NCBI RefSeq assembly: GCF_009834535.1
Contig: NC_045696.1
Coordinates: forward strand, 105,092,001 to 105,156,000
Length of the DNA: 64,000 bases
Source: Camelus ferus
Lineage: Eukaryota
Reading direction: 5' to 3'
Part shown: piece by piece, positions 49,751 through 63,110 of the stretch
Layout: every line of letters starts with the position of its first letter
How positions within the stretch are numbered: the first letter of the stretch is position 1
Translations under genes and position numbers: made by a program
Notes under the pieces: generated by a model
Database searches by the model: none
What the model was told of the DNA's origin: nothing
The model's input: only the letters and a program-made list of their open reading frames with translations

Positions 49751-51039
49751 CAGACCTCTCTTTCCAGCTCCTCCCCCAACTGTGGAAAGTCTGGTTCCTA
49801 TCATACACCCCTTATTCCATGACATGCACGGTGGCTCCACTTCTTAAGTCCTGATCGGCAATAGGAGTGGGATGCTGTTGTAAAAGAAAGTGAAAACAAT
49901 AGACATTGGCTTTGGGACCAGAAGGCAGTGGCTGCAGGAGTAGTAGGATCAGGGGGTGCCCCAATCTGTAACTTGCCTTCAGCCTGCGGAGAGACGGCAG
50001 AGGGCTCTGGCTGGTGGTGGGCTGGAGGCCCTCAGGGCCAGGGGATTCAGGTGATTATCCCAGACCATGATTTCTGAAGCCTCCCTGCCAACCCAGCCAT
50101 GACTCACTGTGCTGATGGCTGAACCTAGAATATGAAGAGGTAGCCTGTGTCAAGGATGTCCAGCTTGGTCCTGCTGCCAAGCAGAGCACCAGACAGAAGC
50201 CTCCAACCCCAGGGAAACAGCCATCTTCTCCAGATGACCAGGCAGACATGGGAAGCATTTAGAGAACCACTTAAGACTAGCTATAATTCACTGTCTATAT
50301 TATGCCACAGACCAGCATGTCCCTCCTCTCCCCTACATTATGCTCCAGCCAAACCAAACCACTCACAGCTTTCTGAAATGTCAGGCTATTTCACGCCTCG
50401 AGGCCTTTGTGCTAATGCTCTCTCCCAGCCGGAGCCTCCCCTCCACCCACCCAGTGTAGGTGTCTGGTAAACATCTATCCATTTTTCAAGCATTACCTTT
50501 TCTATGAAGCCTTTTCTTTTGGTTCCCCAGCGGGGGCTGTCATTTACTAAGGACTTGCCATGTGCCCAAAAATGTGCAAGGTACTTCATTTCATCTTCTT
50601 GATGGCCCTATGAAATAGGTATTTTTAGCACCCCCTGCTATTGACTGGTGATAAAACTAAGATTCTGAGAAATTAAATTATTTACCAAGTTCATCCAGCT
50701 TATAGGAGATGCAACTAGGCTTCAAACTCAAACCATTGTGATCTAAGTCTGGCTTTACACACACTCATACATGCAGTAGAGACTGCTGCTCTGAAGACAG
50801 GTTTGAGCCAGAGACTGAGGCCATCCTGGGGTCTTTATTAGTATTCTGTTGTGTATTAACTACAGTTCTGGAGGTCAGAAATCCCATCTGAGAAGCAACC
50901 CTTTCTAAGTATGGCACCCATCAGTGTCCAGATCTCACCTGAACCCCCTGGACTTCACACAAAAATGCCACTCAGCATCAGGAGGCTCACCCTCTGCCAA
51001 GGGGCAGCTCCTATATGGCAACTTTCTAGATGACCTAAG

Positions 51040-52200
51040 TGACACCACAGATAATGGGAGAAGGAAAGATTTGTCTAGTCAGTGATGCTAGGAAACTGGC
51101 TTGCCATGAAGAGGAAAAGAAAGCCACATTGTCACTTCATGCCAAAAGATTCCGAATAGAACAAACACCTAAGCATGGAAAGTAAAACTATAAACTTCAT
51201 AGAAGAAAATATAGATGGATATCTATAATCAAATACCCCAAAGCACAAACCATAAGGCTAAAATAACAAAAATCAGTAGGTATCTCAACTTGGTAGTCAT
51301 GGGGTTTAACAAAGAGCACCACAGATAAAATCAACATATCAGTGACAGACAGGGAGAAGATATTACAATATCTAATACCATTAATGGATTAATATCTACT
51401 CTAGACTTTACCAGGGACTCCAAGTCATCAAGAAAAAAACCAATTTTTTTAAGGGGCAAGGATATGAATCAAGGATATAAATCTGTGAATTCACAGAAAA
51501 ATGAACAATGAGCTGATGTTTTTACTCCCTAGTAATCAAACATATGCAAATTAAATCATGAAGAAGAGTGCTTTACAGCCATCAGAGTAGCAGAAATTAG
51601 AAAAGTGGGTAAATCGAGTTGAGGTGAGGAAGTGAGGAGATAGGAATATTTGGGCACTTCTTGCTGGGAGTTTCCAGTTGGTACAGCTGCTTTGGAAAGC
51701 AATCTAACAGAATTTAGTAAAATTATGGGTATTTATGGCCTATGAACTGGCAATTCCATTCCTGTTTTTACAACCCAGAGATTTGCTACAGATCTAATAA
51801 GAGAATCAATATGAGGGTATTTGTCGACAGTGTTATTATTTCTAATGGCAGAAATTTAAACTTGGGGGTCCATCACTGGAGGGATAATTAAGTGAAATTT
51901 GCTGGAGAATAAAATCCCAGGCAGCAGTGAAGAGCTGTGGACTAGATGCATATAAATCAACATGGAGAGATCTTAAAAGCATAGATTTGAATGGGAAAAG
52001 TCAGAAACAGAATGGGATTTATGGCACAATACTCTTTTAAATCAATTAAAGCCAAGCATGCATAAAACAACTCCAGATATTTTATAAGCAGATATGCATA
52101 TTTAAGATTTTTACATAAAACTCATTAGCGTAAGAGCTTATGGGGAGTTAGGGCGAGACAGATGTGGAGATCAGAGGTGGGGGAAATAAACAGCTAGGTG
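51040..52200 (+). mobile_element. Ancient L1ME ORF2 end and 3' UTR
   Basis: aaaactataaacttcatagaagaaaatata, tagtaatcaaacatatgcaaattaaa, ttggaaagcaatct, gcaattccattcctg. Confidence 0.8.
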
Positions 52201-54461
52201 GTAAACAAACAAACAGATCCAGAGAGGGGTCCTGCATGGATGGGTGGCAATGGTGAGGTATGAACGGAAGGGTATGGGGACCTCCACCTTGGGAGTAGAG
52301 TGCCGATCAGAGGAGGAAAGAACATGGGAGAGAAAGCACAGGCGCAAAAGAAGCATTTCCCCGGCAATGGCTCTGGAGTAAATTGCCTGGCTTTTAATCC
52401 TGGTTCTGCTACTTAATAGATTTGAGCTTGAGCTAGTTTCTTCACTGGACTCTTCGTCACTCTCTTCAGCTGTAAAATAGAAATGCTCACAGTACCTATG
52501 TCAAAGGAGCATAAGTAGCCGAGGCTCTGTGAACAGTAGCCACAATTGTTCCTAAATCAAGTCCGTGCTCAGCACTAACGTCTAGGACTTTAAAGTGACG
52601 GGACGATGAGGACACGCACAGAGTCTTTTAATTAGCCATTGCACAGATCATTGCATTCTACCAGCGGGATATTCATTCCACCCTGGACCTTGTCACAACC
52701 ACCTTTTCCCTAGAAACCACAGTGGCCTCCACTGCTACCTCTTTTGTACCAGACAGGATCCAGGCAATGCTGCTGAGAGCTGGACAGGAGAATGAGAAGG
52801 GCATGTCTCTGGAGTCAGAAACCTTCCTGGTTTCATGTCCTGAATCTTCCCACACTCTGTTCCTTAAGCTCTCTGTGTCTTATTGTCTTCATCCACAAAT
52901 ACAGATAAAAATAGCGTCCCCACAGAGTTGTGGTGAGTGTTAACTACGATGACGTGCAAGCTTCTAGCATGTGGCAAATGCTTTGTAAATAATAGTTACT
53001 ATTACCAGTGCTGGGGAAGAGCTTGGACCTTCCGGATTAGGTGAGAACACCCTAGTAAAGATCAAAGAGGAAGAAAGAGTCTGTAAAGCCTACAAGGAGC
53101 CCTTAGCACTGCTCTAGTTACTAGCTAAGGGTTTGTGCTGGGCTTCCACTGCTCAAAGACCCCAGTGCTTAAAGGAAGGGGTCTGTTAGCAAAACAGAGC
53201 CCTGGGAGTTAGCACCTGCTTCATAGTTGAGCCTGCTGGGACGTAGACCCTGTCAGACCATGCAAATGATTTTACTATTCTTATAAATGATTATTCTACT
53301 TCCCTGGGAGCTCAAGAGGAGCTTAGAAGAGAGAAACTCAGCTTCCCAATGACCGGGCTGTTTTCAAATCAGAGTTGGCATTTGCATCAGTTTTGCTGAG
53401 GGTGAGCAATTCTTTTTTTCCTCACTCCAGCTTGATGGAGTGGGATAAAAGAGTTGGGTTTCTTGTACGAGAGGAAAATATGTCTGAGACTGCTGCCCTG
53501 GGGAAAAGATGAAGGGTTGTTGGCTCCGCCAATGTGATGGGAAAGATGGCTGTGATGAGAAACACAGTGTGGGTCTGATAGGGATCCAACAAGATAAAGT
53601 CAACTGGCCGCTTTGAACAGAGCTCCTTGGCCTTCTCTCCAAAGCCTTGCTGGGGGAGGGAGGGAAGGCTGGGTGGAGGCCACTGTGGTCAGGGCTCCCC
53701 TGCACCCACTGGAGTGAACACCCATTTCACAACAGGGCAAGTTCCCATCAGTTTTTGCTTATACTTGATTTAGACTTTGTTCTGATTTTACTGATTTCTC
53801 CTGCCTGTGCCTCCTTTAAACCTCCCTCTCACAGATATCAGAAATTTTCCCAGGGCTCTTGTCTGCATTTGATGGCCCACGGCTTGGGCTCCTCCAGTGT
53901 TCCCCATGTCTTCAAGTTCACTTTAAATTTCCAAAGTTCTTCCTGCCTGAAGCCTACTTGTCCAAATGTAACTCTACTTTGGTTGAATTTCACTCCTTTC
54001 TTGTCTTCAAGGCCCTCCACAACCTTGCCTTTCTGACCTGGACTCCCCATGGATTCACAGACTCTCTGCAGACCTCCCCTCCATCCCCGCGGCCACACTT
54101 CTGTCCACCCTGAGATGCCCTCTCCACTCCTTCCCTCCTCTCATCAACACCTCCGTTCAGCCCAAGTTCACAGAGCTCTACCCTGGGCAGGCCACAGAAG
54201 ACAAGGGCAGAGTTTCTGCTCTCCCAGAGCTAGTGATGGGGGGAGACGAGGGGGAGAGACAAGCCACGGAGACGGGGAACTAAGCATCATCAGCAAAACA
54301 GTAAGAGAGAGCGCAGGGCACAGTGGGGGGCCCCAGTGGGAGAACGATCACAGGAGGCCCCGGCGGCCCCCTTTCAAGTGCCAATGCTGGCTCCATCCAC
54401 CACCTCCAGGAAGCCTCCCTGACCTTGCTAGCATGACCTCTCTAAGTATCATCTGAGTATC

Positions 54462-54732
54462 AGAGAGGCAGTCAGTGCAGCAGTTAGGAGTCTGCACTTT
54501 GAAGCCTGGCTGCCTGAGTTTTGAATCCCAGCTCTGTCACCTACTAGCTGTGTGACCTTGGGCTAGTTACTTAACCTCTCTGAGATGTAGTTTCCTTATC
54601 TGTAAAATGAAGATAATAATAGTACAGACCTACCAGTGTGCTTATAAGGTTTAAATGCTATAAATATGTAAAGCACTACTTAAAACATTGTCTGACACAG
54701 TGTTAGTGCTAAGAAAGTTTTCTGCTATTGTT
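54462..54732 (+). mobile_element. Full-length MIR
   Basis: ttgaatcccagctctgtcacctactagctgtgtgaccttgggctagttacttaacctctctgag..tttccttatctgtaaaatg. Confidence 0.95.
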
Positions 54733-56080
54733 TGGGGCCCTCCTACTACACTGCCTATGGGTCTTCCCTCTCGAAGGCCAGAGCTGCCCCATAAACACTG
54801 TTGGAAGGTGGCATTCAGCAAGAGATTGACTTTCATCTCCATAAATTCACTTATGTTACTGGAGCACTCTGCCTTTATCTCCGTAATGACAAATCTGCTG
54901 TTGATCATAATCTACCTCCTTGGCTCACATGATATCCGTGGACTCCCAAAGACTGTTAATAACATGACATTTCGATTGGCATTTTTTAATAATAATAATA
55001 ATAATAAAAGAAACTTCTGTCTTGAATGCCCAAGAATAGATTCCGCATAAGTCTTCCAGCTTCAGGCCTGGGACAGAATTGGAAAAGGAAGTGATCATTT
55101 GTCATCTTTCTTTATAGGCTGCATTTCTGGCATCACTTCGATGCTAAATGGGACTTTTTAAAAATAGTCTTAACAAGCATTTTGACAGACTCCATTCTGG
55201 ATACCAGAGAATGTAGTCATGGAGAGTCAGCATGTGTGAAATCTGACCCGGCCCCTGGCCAAACTGGCCAGTGACTGCTGTCCTCTCCTGGGGGATGTAT
55301 CTGGTGGCAGCAGGGACACTGACTTAAGAGGACCATTTGGGAATATTGAGTTTGACACTACAGCCCTAGTTGCATCCCTCCCACAGCTGACACTCATTCC
55401 CAGGAGGGTGAGGCAGGTTACCCCCCTGCCCAGGGCCCACCCCTCTGCTGGGATCTGTGAAGGACACCCTTGGGGGACACACCCCAGAGCGAGTCTTTTT
55501 GGAGCCTTGTCTCTTCAGTATCAAGTCCAGGTCAAACCTAAAATGTCGGCAAAGTGGTGGATGTGGTGGGAGGAAAGAGGGAAGAGCCCAGCCCTTGTCA
55601 CCGCAGCGCAGCCTTGCGGGGCGGGAGGAGTGGGGTCTGCAGAGGCACGTGCTCCTGGGGGCTGTCCTAGTCCCTGTGCCCTCAGCTCCCCCATCTGTAA
55701 AGCGGGGGTCATAATAGTTGCCTCGTGAGGATATGGTAAGGAATTGCAGTGCTTGATGCTGAAAATATAAAAGAGTGACTACTAGCAGTATGATGTCAGC
55801 GGACGAAAAGCCCCTGTAGCGGCCGGATAAGTCAGCAAACACAGAGGCAGGTGAGCAGGTGCTTCATTCTGGGGAGAATGACAGGGACCTGCTGCCAGCC
55901 AGGGTCCCAGAGTAGTCACTGCCAACTGCCACGACATCCACCCAAAGTGGCTCAAGGATAGCTGGCTGAGGGCCACACCTTTATGCCTGCTCTTGCCGCT
56001 GCCTCTCCTCGAATCCCTCATCACATGTTGCTGCCAATTCCAGACCCTGTGCTCTACGTTTCCTGCTTTCACCACTGGGG

Positions 56081-56205
56081 CTTTTCTTCCTCCTCCCCTT
56101 CCTCTTTTTTCCCTCCTCTTCCTCTTCCTCCCCCTCTTCTCCACCTTCTCTTCCCCATCTCCCTCCCAATCCCCCTTCCCCCTCTTCCTCCTCCCCTATC
56201 TGCTC
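56081..56205. repeat. Polypyrimidine/polypurine low-complexity tract
   Basis: About 120 bp, almost only C/T on the + strand. Confidence 0.9.
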
Positions 56206-56914
56206 TAATCACATTGCTCTGTTTTTTCATCTTTTCTTCTTTTGGCCAGAGGGCAAGTGAAAAGTCAAGTTGGGACTAGAAGGGAAAAAAGCCATCCATG
56301 AACATCCTTGACTCGAGCAAGTGTGACCACCTGCAGAGCTAGGGCCCAAGGCCGCGATCTAGGTGGGCTCCCAGGTGGAAACGTGCTGATAGAAGAAAAC
56401 AGGGAGTCCCCGGAACCCAGCTGAAATTAGTACACATAGGAAAACGCTAGCCCAGAGAGGAAACAAGATGTAAACCTTTGAAAGCTTGTGACAGAGCTCA
56501 TATTCCAGACCCCAATCAGTATCTTTCCCCTAGACTCAATCTCATGGTGTCCAGGCTACAAGGCATCTTTGAGACCTGACCTCCAGCCCCTTCTTTCACA
56601 GATGGGCAGCTGAGACCCAGAACCCAAACCACAGGCCAGGTGTCAGCTGAGCAGAATGAAAATGCAGGTCCCTCCATTCCTCACAGTGCCCTTCCCCTTC
56701 CCCCTCCCCACTCACTTGCCTGTCATCTTCACAAGGACTGGAGAGGTATGAACAACTCCCTTCCAAACACCCCAACACCCGCACTCTTGCGCTCCCTCCC
56801 TTCCCCTTCCCCCATCCTCGCTCTCTCCTGCAGGCACACACACATACCACCTGTGGATAGTGGAAGGGTGTAGAGAGGATTGCTTCTCTATTCCGTCTTT
56901 GCATTTCAAAAGAC

Positions 56915-57688
56915 TTTTTTTACTGAAGTATAGTTGATTTACAATGTGTTAGTTTCTAGTGTACAGCATAGTGATTCACTTATACATTACATATATATTC
57001 TTTTTCATATTCTTTTTCATTATAGGTTATTACAAGCTATTGAATATAGTTCCCTGTGCTGTACAGAAAGATCTTATTGGTCATCTGTTTTATATATAGT
57101 AGTCTGTATTTGCTAATCTCAAACTCCTAATTTATCCCTCCCCCCTTACCCCTTTGGTAACCATAAGTTTGTTTTCTATGTCTGCGAGTCTGTTTTCTGT
57201 TTTGCAAATAAGTCCATCTGTGTCATATTTTTTAGATTCCACCATTTGAAAGTCCACAAACTTTAAATACTGGAGAGGATGTGAAGAAAAGGGAACCCTC
57301 CTACGCTGTTGGCGGGAATGTAATTTGGTGCAGCCTCTATGGAAAACAGTATGGCGATTCGTTAAAAAACTGAAAATAGACTTACCCTGTGATCCAGCAA
57401 TCCCACTCCTGGGTACAGATCCAGAGAAAACTCTAATTTGAAAAGATATATGCACCCCTATGTTCATAGCAGCACTATTTACAATAGCCAAGACATGGGA
57501 TCAACCTAAATACCCATCAACAGATGAATGGATAAAGAAGATGTGGCATATATACATACACAATGGAATACTACTCAACCATAAAAAAGAATGAAATAAT
57601 ACCATTTGCAGCAACATGGATGGATCTAGAGATTATTGTACTAAGTGAAGTAAGTCAGACATAGAAAGACAAAAATCACATGATATCA
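56915..57688 (-). mobile_element. 5'-inverted (twin-primed) cetartiodactyl-type L1
   Basis: 56915-57242 is the antisense 3' end; 57243-57688 is the upstream segment in sense orientation. Direct repeat tcaaaagac at 56906-56914 and 57686-57694. Confidence 0.93.
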
Positions 57689-57960
57689 AAAGACATTTAT
57701 CAATTTATCAGTATGTACCAATCAACCAACAATCAAACTCCCTGGTGCTGGGCACTGTGTTTACTCCAACTGGATAACCAAGGCAGAAGGTACAAAATTT
57801 ACCCTTATGGAACTCACAATCCAGGTGCAAGAGACTGGCCTAATACCTAACACGAGCCCCAGGAGCGTGGATGAGCCCTTGCTGGGGAGAAGCCCTGGGT
57901 GAATTTAGTGGGAAGGAGGCTGTAGAGTCAGGGCAGGCTGCAGATAGTTGCCCCTTTCAG

Positions 57961-58805
57961 ATTTTTTTGACAGTTTTACTGACATATAATTCACATACCA
58001 TACAATTCACCCACTTAAGTATGAAATTCAATGATTTTTGGCCTATTCACAAACTTGTGCAAACATCATCACAATCAATTTTCCAACATCTTCATCACTC
58101 CAGAGAAAAACCTGGTACCCACTACCAGTTACTTGCTACTCTCCTAGGCAACCACCAGTCTATTTTGTCTCTATAAATTTGCCTACCTTGGTTATTTACT
58201 ATAAATGAAATCACACAATGTGTGGTCTTTCGTGACTGTCTTCTTTCATTTAGCATCATGTTTCATGCTGTAGCACCTATCCATACTTCATTCCTTTTTA
58301 TGGCCAAATAATATTCATTGTGTGGATATACCACATTTTGTTTATCCACTTATCAGCTGATGCACGTATGGGTTGTTTCCACTTTTTGCTATTATAAATA
58401 ATGCTGCTGTGAGCATGGAGTGAAAGGTTTTGTATGGACCTATTTCCATTTGTCTCGGAGAAATATCTAGAAGTAGAATAGCTAGGTCATATGGTAACTC
58501 TATGTTTAACATTGTGAATAATTGCCAGATGGTTTCCAAAGGGGCTGTACTATCTTGTATTCTGACCATCAGTATATGAGGGTTTCAATTTCTCCGCATC
58601 CTTGCTAACATTTATTACCTGTCTTTCTGATTATAGCCATTCTAGAGGGTGTGAAGTGGCATGTCATTGTGGTTTTGATTTGCTTTTTTCCTAATGGCTA
58701 ATTATATTGAACACCTTTTCACGTGCTTCTTGGACACTTGTATATCTTCTTTGGGAAACTGTCTATTTGGATTCTTTACCCGTTTTTAAGTTAGGTCATT
58801 TGCCT
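57961..58805 (-). mobile_element. L1MB-type 3' end
   Basis: atataattcacataccatacaattcacccactt...cattccttttttatggccaaataatattc...gtcatatggtaactctatgtttaac. Confidence 0.92.
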
Positions 58806-60029
58806 GCTTGGATTTTAACCCTTTCTCTATTAAATGGATTGACTTTCAATTATGTTAGGATTAGTAAATATTTTAATCTAGTCAGATCTAGAAATACTCA
58901 TCTTAAAATGTTTTTGACTCCCATGCCCTAAATTGTATCATTATTTTTTACATTATTTCAAAATTAAGATGGAAGGAAAAAAACAGATCATCAGATAGCT
59001 AGAGGGACAGACATGAACTGTTAGGAAGACACATTTAAGCTTCTATCCTGCAAACCAGAGTTTTTGAACTCTCATTTCTTACCAGACATGAGAGGGGCAT
59101 CAATGCTGGTCATCTTTCTTAAAGCCATGCAAGCAGAGTGGGAACTGGCCTGAGATAGAGAAGATGCAGCATCCACCTGCATAGTCACCCAGCTACCTTA
59201 AGGAGGTCAGTGATACACGCAAGAGCAGATCCCAGACTATGTCCTGATCACCATGAGAAGCATCCTCTGAGCAGCTACCAAGTGCCAGGTTCTGGACTGG
59301 GCACCACAGTCTTCAGCAAAGCATTCCCTGACTTTAGTTAATCACAGTCTGGTAGGGAAGCAGGTAGTTTCTATGCCATGAGATTCACACTTCTATTGAG
59401 TGAGGTTTGGGGCAGAGTGGAAGGGCTTGGATCAACCCGGATTTCCTGAGAGGCTCCCTGGAAGAGGAATCCTGGGCTGGCTGTTAATGATTTAATAGAT
59501 GTCATTCAGGCATCCTTGGCTCAGGACACAGCCAATACATACCCCAGGAGGAGGGGAAACCACTATGACTTCAAGTTCAAGTTTATTTGATCAATAATGC
59601 TCAAAATAAGTGAACATCTGTACTCGATATTTTTCTTCTTCATTTGTTTGTAAATGTAATAGATCTTGGTCAAAGAAAAAGGACAAAACCCCTATCTATA
59701 AGAAATTCCCCAATTACAGGCACTTTCTTTGCCTTCTCTGAATTGTATTGCATCCAACTCCAGATTTAAACAGATGTCTTTTATGTTCACAGATGGACTA
59801 TTGCTTTCTCGAAAGCAGGAGCCATTTAGCAGGGATAAGATAGAGAACTCCCAGAGGTCAGATACTGCATCTTTTCTACCTGTGTCTGAATCCCCTGTTC
59901 TGAGAACAGAGTGTGGCACACAGAAAGGATCCTATTAGCCCTGGAAGGTGGAGGGCAGCTTCCAGGCTGAGCGAGCAGGGCAAGCCTGAGCCCCAGGTCA
60001 TGGACTCTTTAAGAGCAGGGCCAGGTATT

Positions 60030-60530
60030 GGATAAAGAAGACGTGGTATATTCATACCATGGAATATTAATCAGCCATAAAAAAAACGACAACACAATGC
60101 CATTTGCAGCAACATGGATGTCACTGGAGAATGCCATTCTAAGTGAAATAAGCCAGAAAGAGAAAGAAAAATACCATATGACATCGCTCATATGTGGAAT
60201 CTAAAAAAAGAACATAAATACAAAACAGAAACAGGCTCATAGACATAGAAGGCAAACTTGTGGTTGCCAAGGGGGAGAGGGGTGGGAAGGGATAGACTGG
60301 GAGTTCAAAATTTGTAGATACTGACAGGCATATGTAGAATAGATAAACAAGATTATACAGTATAGCACAGGGAAATATACACAAGATCTTGTGGTAGCTC
60401 ACAGTGAAAAAAAAATGTGACAATGAATATATGTATGTTCATGTATAACTGAAAAATTGTGCTCTACACTGCAATTTGACACAACATTGTAAACTGACTA
60501 TAACTCAATAAAATAATTTTTTTTAAAAAA
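60030..60530 (+). mobile_element. Young camelid-type L1 3' end, 5'-truncated
   Basis: ccatttgcagcaacatggatg...ctcaataaaa; perfect 17-bp TSD gagcagggccaggtatt at 60013-60029 and 60532-60548. Confidence 0.95.
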
Positions 60531-61329
60531 TGAGCAGGGCCAGGTATTACCTATTTAGTAGCCGGAATCCCTCAAACACTCACATACTCATTCCGAGGTC
60601 CCACTCGCACACAGCCTTGCACAGTCCCCTGTACATAGTTGATGTTCAATGCATGGCTATTGAATGTGGCTGGAACTTTTTGAATAATCAAATACAACCA
60701 AATACTGCACCATTTTGACAGAATGATGGCCTTCTTTTTAGATGACTTTGGGGGAGCTGGCAGGGGGCCGGTAAGAGTGCTCTGGAGACACTCTGTCCCA
60801 CCAAAATGAGCAGTCCACCTGTTGCCGCCTTCCTGTCCCTACCCTGAGCTCTGAGCGGAGCTCTGCCAACTGAGAGAGACTGAGCTTTCCCCTGAAACAA
60901 GTGCTTCTGCTCCTCAGGGGAACTGGCCCAACCAGTGCGATGGTTTCCTGGGCCAAGGGAGATGTCCTTCTGTCAAGGAGGCTTGCAGGACAGAAACTTG
61001 GGCACGGGGGCAGGTGAGAGAAGGTGGACAGATTTTTTTTTAAACATATTCACGCTAGGGCTCTTGGCCAAACAAGCACAAAGCTTTATGAGAAAATTCA
61101 CTTTAAAACTTTTTAAATGGAAGAGGAAGTACTTCATGCACCAAGCAATGCAAAAGGGTAAGTGTCAATATGCACAGCACCAGGTAAAGCCGAGCAGGAA
61201 TGATTTGATTCAAGAGACGTCATTAGTTGGATTTTAGCAATGAGTTCATTCTTTTTCTTTTTTTATGCATGTAGAATAATACAATGCATGGTGTTAAGCA
61301 ATGACTAATGCCATACAGTTTACGATGAC

Positions 61330-61426
61330 AAACAGCATGCCTACATTTGTATTCGTAATTCTTTTTCTTAGAGGTTCCCCAAATTGTGTAAGTTTCAGGC
61401 ACCACAACATCTGGATCTGTCCCCTC
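61330..61426 (-). mobile_element. MER53-like hAT terminus
   Basis: tttgtattcgtaatt...ccccaaattgtgtaagtttcaggcaccacaacatctggatctgtcccct matches the reverse of the recalled MER53 left end. Confidence 0.65.
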
Positions 61427-61579
61427 ATCAGCATTTATACCCCAGTCCTGCTCCTCAGAGGAAAGGCATTCCAACCCTTCTGCCTGTTTTTTTTTTTTTT
61501 TTTTTTTTTCTGGTCTGTATCTTCATCTTGCTAAGTAAGACACTCATGAGGCCAGTCCTAGCTCTGTTCTAGGTAAGAT

Positions 61580-63110
61580 CCACCAACTTTTATTATAAAA
61601 GGTGAGGAGGGGGCCCCCCACCTCCGTCCCACGACCTCTACTCTCCAACCGCCCAGTAGAATCACATCACAATTTTTGGATGAATTACTATAGTGTACAT
61701 TTCTAGAACCATATAAATAGGGTTCATGATGGAACCAAATAGTGTGTTGTCTTTACATTTATTTTCTTGTATACATTTTACATTTTTCCTAAAGTTGAGA
61801 TTGCCTCACCTTTTCTGGGCACCAATCACTAAGTCATGCTAAACTTGGACCTAGCTGTAAAACAACTCTCCTTACAGCTGAATACCACATTCCACTTTTT
61901 CTTTTTCTGGTGACACCGCTCCTGGGCCCCTCCATCCTCCTACCACAGTCTGCAAAGCTGTTCCCGTCACCCAGGACATCCTTTGACACCAGCTGGCCAA
62001 TCCCCTTCACCTCTCTCTGTGTTGGCTCCTCTGTCTCCTAGATCTTGCGGGGTTTGTTTTGTTCTGTTTTTGCTTTCTTGGACTCCATTTTTGTAGAGGC
62101 TACCCTTCTAAAATACGGGTGCATGAGAGGTCATTGTTTCATCCTTGACAGTTTGCCCATGCAGAGAATTCTAGCCTGGAAAACATTTCCCCTAAGGATT
62201 TTGAAGAATTGCTCTTTATCTGCCAGCATCCTGGGTTCCTGTTAAGAAGTCTGATGCCGTTTTGATTCCCACTTATTTTTATATGATTCATTCCCTCTCC
62301 CTCTCCCTCCCTCATCTCTCTCTGAACGTTTTTAGGATCTTTGCTCCATCTCTGGTACTATGGCCTTGGTATGGGTCATTTTTCACCCACTGTGCTGGGC
62401 ATGTGACAGGCCCTTTGTCTTTGAAACTCAAGTCCTTCAGTTTGAGAAATGTACTTTTATTATGTCTTTGATAATTTCCTCCCACCAATCTTTTCTGCTC
62501 TCCCTTTCTGGAACTCCTATTAGTTAGATTTAGACCTTGTAGATTGAGTCCATAATTTTCTTTTCCTTTTTTTTTTTCCTTTTTGGTCTTATTTCTACTT
62601 TTTTGTTCTCCATCCTAGAATACTTCTCTTGACTTCTACATGTGGGTGATAAACTAGACAGTCACCATTCTGGTGGGAGCTGAGTGATAAAAGAAGCTGG
62701 GCTCTCCCTCATCAGTTCCAAACTTTGACTTGACTCCTCTGTCTCAACGCCATTCCCAGAGCCCCTCTGCTCTGTGTTGGAAGTCCTGCCTGTTTCAGAG
62801 CCATCCCTCATCACCAGCCAAGGAAGAGAAGGTCTGGGGTTCTACCTACTCCTTCCACAGACTTGTATTCTACCAACCTGTCTTGGGACTTACCCTGTGT
62901 TCACAGCTACCCAGTCATGTGCATTTCAGCATCTCCACCACCAGCACCCCATCTTCCCAACCTTGTTGACCCATTGCCTTCTTTACTCCTAATCAGTTTG
63001 TCTTGGCAGATTTATACCATTTTTATTCCTTTTTTCATTTTATTGGTGTCTCAGGAGGGAAGAGGGATACATGCATGTGTGCAAAGCATCTTGTTTAAGT
63101 CCGAGTCTCT
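61580..63110 (-). mobile_element. HAL1 (half-L1) element, internally deleted
   Basis: agaagtctgatgcc, tttgataatttcctccc...ctttctggaactcctattagt, and the HAL1 5'-end motif caggagggaagagggatacatgcatgtgt. Confidence 0.8.

Noticed and set aside
55782..56279. Arg/Lys/Glu- or Pro/Leu-rich ORFs
   Set aside because: They are translations of the purine/pyrimidine tract.
57132..57491. 119-aa ORF resembling 'hypothetical proteins'
   Set aside because: It is an artefact spanning the L1 inversion junction.
61058..61163. Exon-like segment ending AGG|GTAAGT
   Set aside because: The acceptor is weak and the peptide unrecognised.
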